Shown piece after piece: positions 1 to 8,415 of a stretch of 64,000 bases of DNA. This DNA comes from an uncultured Clostridia bacterium (GTDB lineage: Bacteria; Bacillota; Clostridia; TANB77; CAG-508). Below the pieces are notes generated by a model that was not told the DNA's origin, did no database searches, and was given only the letters and a program-made list of their open reading frames with translations. Position 1 is the stretch's first letter. Each line of letters begins with the position of its first letter. Location of the stretch: assembly GCA_944386645.1 (NCBI GenBank), contig CALXBW010000004.1, positions 11,256 to 75,255 on the forward strand, in the 5' to 3' direction. A program made the position numbers and the translations under genes.

Positions 1-1500
1 ATAGATAAAAAATATATAGAAGATTCGATTGTAAATTTAAGAACAAAAAAGCAAATAGTTTTGGAAAAAAGAGAAGATGTAGATTGGGTTTATTTATATA
101 AAGCATATAAAGCAGAAGAAAACATTGCTGAAAAATTACTAACTTTACTTAAAAGTAAAAATGTTAAGAAAATTGATAATATAAAAGAAAAATTGGAGAA
201 ACAAGAAAAACAATATAATATACAGTTATCTGAAAAGCAAAAAGAAGCAATTGAGTTAGTTAATAATAATAATGTTTGTGTTATAACTGGTGGACCAGGT
301 ACAGGAAAAACAACTATAATAAAAAATATAATAGATATTTATAAGACAAAAAAGTTAAAAGTAATTTTATGTGCACCAACAGGAAGAGCTGCTAAAAGAA
401 TGAAAGAGGCAACTAATGAAGAAGCAAAAACTATACATAGATTACTTGAAATAGGCAAAATAGAAGAAGATAGAAATAGTATGGTTGAGTATGATGTAGC
501 TCCAATAGATGCGGATGTTATAATAATTGATGAGATGTCAATGGTAGATACATATATAATGAATTATTTAGTAAAAGCAATTTATAGAGGAACAAAATTA
601 ATATTAGTGGGAGATGAAAATCAATTACCATCTGTTGGTCCAGGGACTGTATTAAAAGACATAATAGATTCTAAAAAAATTCCTACAATATGTTTAAATA
701 AAATTTTTAGGCAAGCTGCAAAAAGTCAGATAGTATTAAATGCTCATAATGTAAATAATGGAAAAGATTTTGTAAAAAAAGAAGATATGAATTCTGATAT
801 TAAGGAAGATTTTTTCTATATAAATGAATCAAATCAGGAAAAAATATTAAATCATGTTCTCACACTTTCTAAAAATAAATTAAAAATGTCTGGTAGTGAA
901 GATTTTTATAATAATATACAAGTGTTAACTCCGACTAAAAAAGGATTAGTTGGAACTAGAGAGCTTAATAAAAGACTACAAGAAGTATTAAACCCTCCAT
1001 CTGAAAGCAAAAAAGAGAAAAAATATGGTGAGGTAGTTTTCAGAGAGGGAGATAAAATAATGCAAATAAAAAATAACTATGATATTTTTTGGGAGAAAAG
1101 GACTGGAAATTACGAATCTGGAACTGGTATTTTTAATGGTGAAATGGGAATTATAGAAAATATTGATGAAGAATCAAAACAAGTAAAGATATTATTTGAT
1201 GATGATAAAATTGTATGGTATACATATTCTGACTTAGAGCAGATTGAACATTCATATAGTATAACTATTCATAAATCACAAGGAAGTGAGTTTGATGTAG
1301 CAATAATAGTAATTCCAAAAGCTTATCAAATGTTATTAACCAGAAATTTACTATATACAGGATTGACAAGAGCAAAAAAAATGCTTATATTAATTGGAGG
1401 GAAAGAAACCATAAATTTTATGATTCAAAATGCAAAAATAAAACAAAGAAATACTGGTTTGAAATTTAAATTACAAAATAGTTTATTAAATAATTTTTAG
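1..1500 (+). CDS. recD2: ATP-dependent RecD2-like helicase, C-terminal ~500 aa. The 5' end is truncated by the window: the reading frame is open from base 1.
   Basis: Walker A GGPGTGKTT, VILCAPTGRAAKRM and IIIDEMSMVD (helicase motifs I, Ia, II), and a C-terminal SH3/UvrD-like region IHKSQGSEFD. The frame of ORF 61..1500 stays open back to position 1. Confidence 0.85.
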   Translation: MDKKYIEDSIVNLRTKKQIVLEKREDVDWVYLYKAYKAEENIAEKLLTLLKSKNVKKIDNIKEKLEKQEKQYNIQLSEKQKEAIELVNNNNVCVITGGPGTGKTTIIKNIIDIYKTKKLKVILCAPTGRAAKRMKEATNEEAKTIHRLLEIGKIEEDRNSMVEYDVAPIDADVIIIDEMSMVDTYIMNYLVKAIYRGTKLILVGDENQLPSVGPGTVLKDIIDSKKIPTICLNKIFRQAAKSQIVLNAHNVNNGKDFVKKEDMNSDIKEDFFYINESNQEKILNHVLTLSKNKLKMSGSEDFYNNIQVLTPTKKGLVGTRELNKRLQEVLNPPSESKKEKKYGEVVFREGDKIMQIKNNYDIFWEKRTGNYESGTGIFNGEMGIIENIDEESKQVKILFDDDKIVWYTYSDLEQIEHSYSITIHKSQGSEFDVAIIVIPKAYQMLLTRNLLYTGLTRAKKMLILIGGKETINFMIQNAKIKQRNTGLKFKLQNSLLNNF

Positions 1501-1535
1501 TAAACTGTAGATATGGGGGCATAAAGGAGAATAAA

Positions 1536-2177
1536 TTGTATAACTTTTTGAATTTATGTTATCCAAATGTATGTGGTATTTGTGAGAAAATAAGTAATGA
1601 ATATATATGCAATAAGTGTAGATTAAAAATAAAACAGTATACTAAGTCAATTATAAACGAATTTGATAATGCAAAATATTTTAATACTCATGCATATATG
1701 TTTGCATATGATGGAATTATAAGAATGAAAATTATAAAATATAAATTTTTAAATTCACCCTATTTATATAAATTTTTTTCAAATATTATTTTAAATGATT
1801 TAAAATTAGTAGATTATATTAGAAGTTTTGATGTTATAATTCCAGTACCAATACATAAAAAAAGAAAGAAAAAAAGGGGATATAATCAATCTGAATTAAT
1901 AGCAAAAGAAATAGCAAAAAGATTAGAAGTTCAATTACAGTTAAATGTATTATATAAAAATGTAAATAATTCACCACAAAGTACTTTAAATCAAGAACAA
2001 AGAAAATATAATGCAAAGGGTGTATATATATTAAAAAATGAGAAATTAATAAAGAATAAAAATATATTAATTTTTGATGATATTTATACAACTGGTAATA
2101 CTGTAAATGAGTGTAGTAAGATAATAAGAAATGCACAAGTTAATAATGTTGGAGTATTAACACTAGCAAAAGATTAA
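1536..2177 (+). CDS. comFC: ComF-family competence protein (phosphoribosyltransferase domain)
   Basis: N-terminal Cys pairs CxxC...CxxC. PRTase motif ILIFDDIYTTGNT near the C-terminus. It sits directly downstream of recD2, as in many Firmicutes. Confidence 0.8.
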   Translation: MYNFLNLCYPNVCGICEKISNEYICNKCRLKIKQYTKSIINEFDNAKYFNTHAYMFAYDGIIRMKIIKYKFLNSPYLYKFFSNIILNDLKLVDYIRSFDVIIPVPIHKKRKKKRGYNQSELIAKEIAKRLEVQLQLNVLYKNVNNSPQSTLNQEQRKYNAKGVYILKNEKLIKNKNILIFDDIYTTGNTVNECSKIIRNAQVNNVGVLTLAKD

Positions 2178-2189
2178 AAGGAGAGATAA

Positions 2190-4175
2190 ATGGAAGATTT
2201 AGTAGAAAGTATATTAGATTATGTAAGAGCAGATTATACAGATTATGCAATTATGATAAATGGAGAATGGGGAAGTGGAAAGACATATTTTTGGAATAAT
2301 AAAGTAAGAAATAAAATTGAATCTTTAAGATTAAACGGAAAACAGTATACAACAATATATATGTCTTTATATGGAATATCAAATTTAGAGGATATAAGTA
2401 AAAAAATTTTTATAGAAACTACTCAATTAATGGATAAGAATCTAAAAAGATATATGTATGCACATAATCAACTAACTATTCCTGAGTATGCAAAAACTGG
2501 ATTAGATATGGCCAATTTTTTTGGAGTTACAAAAAATGGTGATAGAGTAGATTATGAGCAGTTTTTTACAACTGATGATAAAGTATTATGTTTCGATGAT
2601 TTGGAAAGAGCAAATGTTGATGTTATAGATATATTAGGATATATTAATAATTTTGTTGAGCATGACCATATAAAAACTATAATAATTTGTAATGAAAAAG
2701 AGTTGTCAAATAAATTAAAAAGTTCTAATCTTGAAATGAAAACTTTTATTGCAACATATTTATTAGATAAAGAAGGAGATTTATCTAAGACAGATAAACC
2801 AATGGTTGAAAAAATTAGAGACAAAATAGAATATGTATTTGATAAAGCAAATGATTATGAAAGAATAAAAGAAAAATTAATAGGTGAGACTTTTGAATAT
2901 GTTCCAGAATTTGCTTATATTATTGATGGTTTATTGATGCGTTATTCAAAAGATGAAGATTTAATAAGATTTTTAAAGGAAAATTCACAATTATTGGTTT
3001 CAACATTTAATAAAAGTGGTACAAGAAACTTAAGAATTTTAAAACATGCATTAAATGATTTTAAAAAAATATTTGATATGGTTAATAAATATTACCCAAA
3101 TACAAATTATAAAGTTTTAAAAACTATGCTTATATTTACAATTGCTATTTCATTTGAAATAAAAGCAGGAAAAATTACAAAAAATAAATTTATAAATATT
3201 GAGAATAATGAAGAATATAAAGCGATACTTGTATCATCAAGAGTTTTAATGGATAATAGACAATTCTATATTAAAGAATTTGATAATAACTATTATTACA
3301 ATTTTAAAGCAGAATATAGATTTTTTAAATTTATTGAAATATATGTAAGAACTAGAATATTTGATATGAAGGTATTTAAAAGAGATATGGAAGTTATAAT
3401 AAATACAATAGATACTGATAAATTACCAGGTTATAAAAGATTATTAACAGAAGAATACTGGAAGATTTCTGATGAACAGTTTAATGGGGTCATTGAAGAA
3501 GTTGTAGACGATGTAAAAAATGGAAGAATTGGTCTAATTGATGTTGTAAAATTATATGTATATTTTAATTATTTTTCTAAAAGAAAATTAATAGACTATG
3601 ATACTAAAAGTATAAAAAATCTTTTCTTAAATGGAATGAATATATCTGCTTTAACTTCTGAATATTGTGACGATGCAGATGAACAATTAAGTCAAATAGG
3701 TATAGGTGAAATAACTCCAGATATGCAAGATGTATTTGATCATTTTGAAAATATAAATAAAACATTAAAAGATAAAATGTATGCACAAAATGCAGAAGAT
3801 CTATTTAAATGTATTCCAATGAAAATGGAGATGTTTTATACGAAGTTTGAAAAATACATGGAAATACCAATATTCAAATATTATGATGCATATCAAATAT
3901 TCCAGAGAATATCATGTGCTAATAATGAAGATATAGTTTCTATAAGAGAGTGTTTGATGAAAAGAGCAAAAAAATATACGAAAGAGTTAGAGCCAGAAAT
4001 TGAAAATTTAACAAAATTAAAAAATATAATAGATACTTATTTAGCTGGAAAAGATATAGGTATAAAAATAGTAATGTTACAAGAATTTTCAAATGATTTA
4101 GATACTATATTAAAAATATATAAAAATGAGCCTACATTAGAAGGAATGCAAATACAAAGTAGTAACGTTGAATAA
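2190..4175 (+). CDS. KAP-family P-loop NTPase (661 aa)
   Basis: Exact KAP Walker A signature INGEWGSGKTYFW (G-x-W-G-x-GKT) near the N-terminus and a downstream LCFDDLER Walker B-like motif. The long C-terminal region has no other recognisable domain. Confidence 0.75.
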   Translation: MEDLVESILDYVRADYTDYAIMINGEWGSGKTYFWNNKVRNKIESLRLNGKQYTTIYMSLYGISNLEDISKKIFIETTQLMDKNLKRYMYAHNQLTIPEYAKTGLDMANFFGVTKNGDRVDYEQFFTTDDKVLCFDDLERANVDVIDILGYINNFVEHDHIKTIIICNEKELSNKLKSSNLEMKTFIATYLLDKEGDLSKTDKPMVEKIRDKIEYVFDKANDYERIKEKLIGETFEYVPEFAYIIDGLLMRYSKDEDLIRFLKENSQLLVSTFNKSGTRNLRILKHALNDFKKIFDMVNKYYPNTNYKVLKTMLIFTIAISFEIKAGKITKNKFINIENNEEYKAILVSSRVLMDNRQFYIKEFDNNYYYNFKAEYRFFKFIEIYVRTRIFDMKVFKRDMEVIINTIDTDKLPGYKRLLTEEYWKISDEQFNGVIEEVVDDVKNGRIGLIDVVKLYVYFNYFSKRKLIDYDTKSIKNLFLNGMNISALTSEYCDDADEQLSQIGIGEITPDMQDVFDHFENINKTLKDKMYAQNAEDLFKCIPMKMEMFYTKFEKYMEIPIFKYYDAYQIFQRISCANNEDIVSIRECLMKRAKKYTKELEPEIENLTKLKNIIDTYLAGKDIGIKIVMLQEFSNDLDTILKIYKNEPTLEGMQIQSSNVE

Positions 4176-4180
4176 AACTC

Positions 4181-4300
4181 ACAAGTGCATTTATATATTT
4201 TAGAAAAATATAACAGTAGAAATGTATGGGAAAACATCGTTTGCCCAAACTCCAAGGAGCCATTCAAAAAACTTACAAAAAATTAATATATTATTTTATC
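4181..4300. repeat. Copy 1 of a ~120 bp direct repeat, in the KAP-to-amidase intergenic region
   Basis: Aligns with 4471..4587 over acaagtgcatWtatatatt..agaaaaatataacagtagaaatgta, followed by a conserved 9 bp hairpin (tGGGaAAAC atc GTTTgCCCa). Confidence 0.8.
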
Positions 4301-4470
4301 GGTCTCACATTCTTCGTAAGTATGAGCTTACGATGTACAACTACTTCGACTGTCAAAAATAATATATTAATTTTTTTTTGACTAAGCCTAGATAAAAAGT
4401 AAAAAACTATTCACTCTTCACTATTCATTATTAATTATTCATTGCAATCAAAGATTGCGGACATAACATT

Positions 4471-4587
4471 ACAAGTGCATATATATTAGAAAAATATAAC
4501 AGTAGAAATGTAGGGGCAAACATTGTTCGCCCGCTCAACAAGGATCTACTAAAAAACATTTAACAAAAATAATATATTTATTTTTAA
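4471..4587. repeat. Copy 2 of the ~120 bp direct repeat
   Basis: Second copy 290 bp downstream of copy 1. Its hairpin is gGGGcAAAC att GTTcGCCCg, with changes relative to copy 1 that keep the hairpin paired. Confidence 0.8.
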
Positions 4588-4605
4588 CTGTACGAGAGTA
4601 TGATT

Positions 4606-4633
4606 TTAAAAATTGTTTACATTGAAAATTTTT
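4606..4633 (+). promoter_or_regulatory. Sigma-A-like promoter TTTACA-N16-TGaTATAAT upstream of the amidase gene
   Basis: The -35 TTTACA (4606-4611) and extended -10 TGaTATAAT (4625-4633) were read directly. An RBS aaaaggagaagtg precedes the ATG at 4672. Confidence 0.5.
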
Positions 4634-4671
4634 ATGATATAATGTAAAAAAATTAAAAAAGGAGAAGTGAA

Positions 4672-6207
4672 ATGAAAAGAAAAATTTTTATAAGTACATT
4701 AATATGTTTAATTGTTTTAGTAATGTCAACTAATGTACATGCATTAAAACTTGTTTTAGATGCTGGACATGGAGGTTCTGATTCAGGAGCAATTTATAAT
4801 GGAGTTTATGAAAAAAATATTAATCTTAGAATTGCTTTGAATTTGAGAGAATATTTAAGTGATTATGAAAATGTAGAAGTTATATTAACAAGAGATAATG
4901 ATACTTTTGCAGAAGTTTTTGATAAAGCTATGGTAGCGAGAATAAATTCTGCAGATTTATTTATTAGTTTACATACAAATGATACAGAAGGAACAGGAAA
5001 TGGTGCTGAAGCTTTTGTTTCTGCAAATACTAGTTTACCAAAATACAATGAACAAACTACAGCTTTAGCTAATAAAATATTACAAAATCTTTCAGCTTTA
5101 GGTTTAGAAAATAGAGGTGTAAAAACAAAACAAATAAGAACAGAAAATGGAGATTTTTATTATAGAAACCCTGATGGAACAACTGCTGATGCTGATTGGT
5201 ATGGTATTATAAGATATGCAATGAGAGGCTGCAAGATGGACTATGGTGAAATAATATATGGGCAATATAATGATATAAGAGATGGAAGCGGAGTTCCTAC
5301 TATTTTAGTTGAACATTGTTTTATTAATGGTGATTTTGAATATATAAATTCAGAAGAAGACCTAAGAAAATTAGCAGAAGCTGATGGAAAGGCTATAGTT
5401 GACTATTATGGATTAAAGAAAAAATCTGTAGATACAAATATAAGTTTAACTGCAAATAGTACAGATATAAATTCTGGAGATCAAGTAACAGTAAATGTTA
5501 ATTCATCAACTGCATTAGGAGCTTATGAAGTTTCTATAGTAGATGATGGTGGATTAAATTTTGTTACAAGTTCTGGACAAGAAGGTAGTGGAGGACAATT
5601 AATAACTGGTTCATCAACATCAGGAGTAAATGATTTAGCTACATTTACTTTCGAAGCTCCTGATACAACTTTAGATAAGACATATAATGTTAAAATAAAA
5701 GTTTCAAAAATGGAGACACCAAATAATAATCCAGTATATGAAAAAGAAGCAACTATTACTATAAATGCTAAAGGTAGAGAAGCAAAAACACAATTTGTTG
5801 GTGAAATTAAAAATGAGAAATTACCTAATACAGGTTTAGGTTTTTTATTAGGAAATAAATCTGATATATTAGATGGTAGTGATTTAAAAGCCACATACTC
5901 TGATAGCATTATAGAGAAAGATGGAACAGAAATTACAGAAAATACACAATTTGTAACAGGCGATATTGTTGATATTGATGGTACAAATTATATACTTATA
6001 ATATATGGTGATGGAAATAAAGATGGAAAAATAAGTATATTAGATACATCAACAGTAATATCTGAAATACGTGGAAAAAAGCAATTAGATGATGTTCAAA
6101 AAATTGCACTTGATGTGACAAAAGAAGGAAAAATAAGCGTTTTGGATTCAACAAAAATAATTAACGTAATTAGAGGAAAAAGTGAGTTTTTATCATTGCT
6201 AAATTAA
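4672..6207 (+). CDS. Secreted N-acetylmuramoyl-L-alanine amidase (Amidase_3) with an internal LPNTG and a C-terminal dockerin-like repeat pair
   Basis: Signal peptide. LVLDAGHGGSDSGA (Amidase_3 zinc-binding motif). Internal KLPNTG. Two C-terminal repeats, GDGNKDGKISILDTSTVISEIRGKK and DVTKEGKISVLDSTKIINVIRGK, resemble dockerin Ca-binding segments. Confidence 0.7.
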   Translation: MKRKIFISTLICLIVLVMSTNVHALKLVLDAGHGGSDSGAIYNGVYEKNINLRIALNLREYLSDYENVEVILTRDNDTFAEVFDKAMVARINSADLFISLHTNDTEGTGNGAEAFVSANTSLPKYNEQTTALANKILQNLSALGLENRGVKTKQIRTENGDFYYRNPDGTTADADWYGIIRYAMRGCKMDYGEIIYGQYNDIRDGSGVPTILVEHCFINGDFEYINSEEDLRKLAEADGKAIVDYYGLKKKSVDTNISLTANSTDINSGDQVTVNVNSSTALGAYEVSIVDDGGLNFVTSSGQEGSGGQLITGSSTSGVNDLATFTFEAPDTTLDKTYNVKIKVSKMETPNNNPVYEKEATITINAKGREAKTQFVGEIKNEKLPNTGLGFLLGNKSDILDGSDLKATYSDSIIEKDGTEITENTQFVTGDIVDIDGTNYILIIYGDGNKDGKISILDTSTVISEIRGKKQLDDVQKIALDVTKEGKISVLDSTKIINVIRGKSEFLSLLN

Positions 6208-6278
6208 TATACTTGACAAATACTAAAATTTAGTATAGAAATATAGTAAATAAAAGGAGGTGAAGGAGAGGGTTTTAG

Positions 6279-6938
6279 GTGAGTAAAAAAAATTTCAACA
6301 CAGGTAGAAGAGCTAAAAAAAGCAATAGAAAAAAAATTGCAATAAAAATATATTTTGTTATAATTGTTATTTTTGTTATAATAACAGGAATGGTAATTGC
6401 AAGTAATAAAAAAGATGATAACAAAGAAAATAATATAGCACAAAAGGCATATAGTGAAAGTCAAACAAATGTAAGTAATTTAACAGATATTAAAGAAGTA
6501 AAAAAACAAGATGAAGTAGTATCTGTTAGCGATATGCCAAAAAAAATAGGAAATTATGAAGTGATAGGAAAAATTGTAATAGATAGTATAGATGTAGAAA
6601 AATATATATTAAATAGAACTACTATAAATTCATTAGATTTATCTGTAACAAAGTTTACAGGGCCTGAAATAAATGAGGTAGGCAATTTTTGTATAACAGG
6701 ACATAATTATAAAAATATTTTTAAAAGATTAAAAGAATTAGAGATAGGTGATGAATTTTATTTAGTAGGTACAGATGGTAGAAGGGTTTATTATAAAATA
6801 TATGATAAATATTCTATTAATCCAGAAAATGAAGAATGTTTAAATCAAGAAACAGGAGGAAAAAGAGAAGTAACATTAATTACTTGCGATCCTGGTGCTG
6901 TAACAAGATTAATAATAAAAGCAGAAGAGAAAATTTAG
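6279..6938 (+). CDS. Sortase (class A/D-like transpeptidase), GTG start
   Basis: N-terminal TM anchor. Catalytic His (FCITGHN), Cys (TLITCDP) and Arg (TRLIIK) motifs. Confidence 0.8.
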   Translation: MSKKNFNTGRRAKKSNRKKIAIKIYFVIIVIFVIITGMVIASNKKDDNKENNIAQKAYSESQTNVSNLTDIKEVKKQDEVVSVSDMPKKIGNYEVIGKIVIDSIDVEKYILNRTTINSLDLSVTKFTGPEINEVGNFCITGHNYKNIFKRLKELEIGDEFYLVGTDGRRVYYKIYDKYSINPENEECLNQETGGKREVTLITCDPGAVTRLIIKAEEKI

Positions 6939-6950
6939 GAGGAAATAAAA

Positions 6951-7673
6951 ATGAAAAAAACTTTAATAGGATTTATAATAATGGTTGTAGCAATGTTTAT
7001 GGCCTTATCAGGAGCTGTTAATGCTGCAACAAAGATGACTGTAGAAGGAGCAAAAAATGTTGAAGTGGGAGATGAAATAACATTAACTGTTAAATTCCCA
7101 GAAGCATTTGGATATCAATTTACTGTTAATTTTGATGATACAAAATTAGAATATTTAGGTACACTTGAAGCTGTTAATAATGGATCATTTACAGTAGCTT
7201 TTCAATCAACAGGAGATGAAAGATTTACATCTTATGATTTAAAATTTAAAGCTTTGGAAAAAGGTGATGTTAATATTACAATTTCTGATTTAGAATTTGT
7301 AAGTGAAGATGTAGAATTAATAGATGTTGAAGCACCAGATCCAATAACATTTTCAATTACAGAACCAGTAACTGATCCAGAACCAACACCTGATCCAGAT
7401 GAAAATACAACAGGTGATGAAAATAACACAGCTGGAGATAATACAACTGGAGATGAAAACAATATAGGAGATAACAATACAACAACAGATGATGAAAATG
7501 GAAATGTTGCTGGAAATACAGATAACGGAAATACAAATAAAGAAGATAATGGAGATGAAACAATTACTTCACTAAAAGATGCAAAAACAGGTTTTGATAT
7601 AATGTATGTTGCTTACTTATTAATGGCTATAGTAGTAGCTGCAGTAATTGTTAAGGTTTCAAAAAGAAAATAA
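6951..7673 (+). CDS. Surface protein with a cohesin-like beta-sandwich domain and a C-terminal membrane anchor with a charged tail
   Basis: Signal peptide ...SGAVNAATK. Central domain GDEITLTVKF...FTVNFDDTKLEYLG...GDVNITISD, resembling type-I cohesin. Acidic TGDENN repeats. C-terminal hydrophobic segment plus KVSKRK tail. No canonical LPXTG (KDAKTG precedes the anchor). Confidence 0.5.
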   Translation: MKKTLIGFIIMVVAMFMALSGAVNAATKMTVEGAKNVEVGDEITLTVKFPEAFGYQFTVNFDDTKLEYLGTLEAVNNGSFTVAFQSTGDERFTSYDLKFKALEKGDVNITISDLEFVSEDVELIDVEAPDPITFSITEPVTDPEPTPDPDENTTGDENNTAGDNTTGDENNIGDNNTTTDDENGNVAGNTDNGNTNKEDNGDETITSLKDAKTGFDIMYVAYLLMAIVVAAVIVKVSKRK

Positions 7674-7960
7674 GAAATAATATAAATTTATAAAAGAGGT
7701 CATATAAACTATAAAAAGTTTAATGACCTCTTACTTGTTGTAAAAATAATTATTTTTTACATTTAACAAATCACTACGTTTTAAAAGAAAACTTATATAT
7801 TTAATCGGAGAGAAGGAAGTTTTCAAGAAACTGCGATTTGTCTATAATTTAGAATAAATAGAAAGAATTAATCTTTCATAATTTTACCTTTTAAAATTAA
7901 TATAAATAAACTAAATTCATATCATAAAAATTAAAAGATAAAATTTAATTTTGAGCATAA

Positions 7961-8143
7961 CTATTTTTGAACATTTCTATTTGCAATTTCAATAGCCTTT
8001 GTAACTATATTACCACAAGTTTTAGAAGGTACATTACTCCATCCACCATCAGCTTTAACTTGTTCATATACTCCTAGCTCTTTTGCTATTTCTTCTTTTA
8101 ATGCTTCAGACATTATGCTCTTCTTAGTTGAATTATTAGCCAT
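7961..8143 (-). CDS. Small acid-soluble spore protein, alpha/beta type
   Basis: A 60 aa protein with the diagnostic alpha/beta-type SASP core EIAKELGV...GG..NV.SKTCGNIVTKAIEIA. Confidence 0.85.
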   Translation of the reverse strand: MANNSTKKSIMSEALKEEIAKELGVYEQVKADGGWSNVPSKTCGNIVTKAIEIANRNVQK

Positions 8144-8415
8144 CAGGTAAAAACCTCCTCAGAGAAGAAAAGTAGTATTTCAAAGAAATTAAAAAAATTA
8201 TTAAGTATACTTAAATAAATATAAAATATAAAGAAATACTAAATATAATATATAATAAGTAAACTTGAAAATAAAATTTTAATTTCTTTAATATTATTAT
8301 GAGCAAAAAAACAAAAAATATTTATAGATAAATTTGCCAAAAAAAAATTAAATAGTTTACAATGAAATAAAAATGTGTTTTAATAATATTATTATGTAAG
8401 GGGAGATGATTACTT

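Noticed and set aside
1834-2136. Minus-strand ORFs embedded antisense in clear genes (for example 1834..2136, 2552..2824, 5523..5909, 18729..19079, 28172..28747, 30570..30974, 39907..40605, 44991..45419, 60670..61038, 62252..62593)
   Set aside because: They overlap well-supported genes on the opposite strand, and they are Leu/Ile/Phe/Ser-rich, low-complexity translations that are typical of AT-rich antisense frames. None has an RBS or a motif.
4176-4671. CRISPR array or integron attC sites as explanations for the local repeats or the dispersed palindromic elements
   Set aside because: Only two 120 bp units with a 170 bp unrelated spacer, which is far from CRISPR geometry (short 24-48 bp repeats with regular spacers). 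The dispersed elements end in GTAAC/GTTAC, which do not fit the attC core (GTTRRRY) or inverse core (RYYYAAC), and no intI gene is present.
6836-7021. 61 aa ORF overlapping the sortase 3' end and the cohesin-like gene start
   Set aside because: It lies in an alternative frame overlapping two well-supported genes. It has basic low-complexity translation and no RBS.
8144-8415. T-box leader upstream of metG
   Set aside because: No T-box consensus (AATTAGGGTGGNACCGCG) or specifier/antiterminator arrangement is discernible. The region is simply AT-rich.
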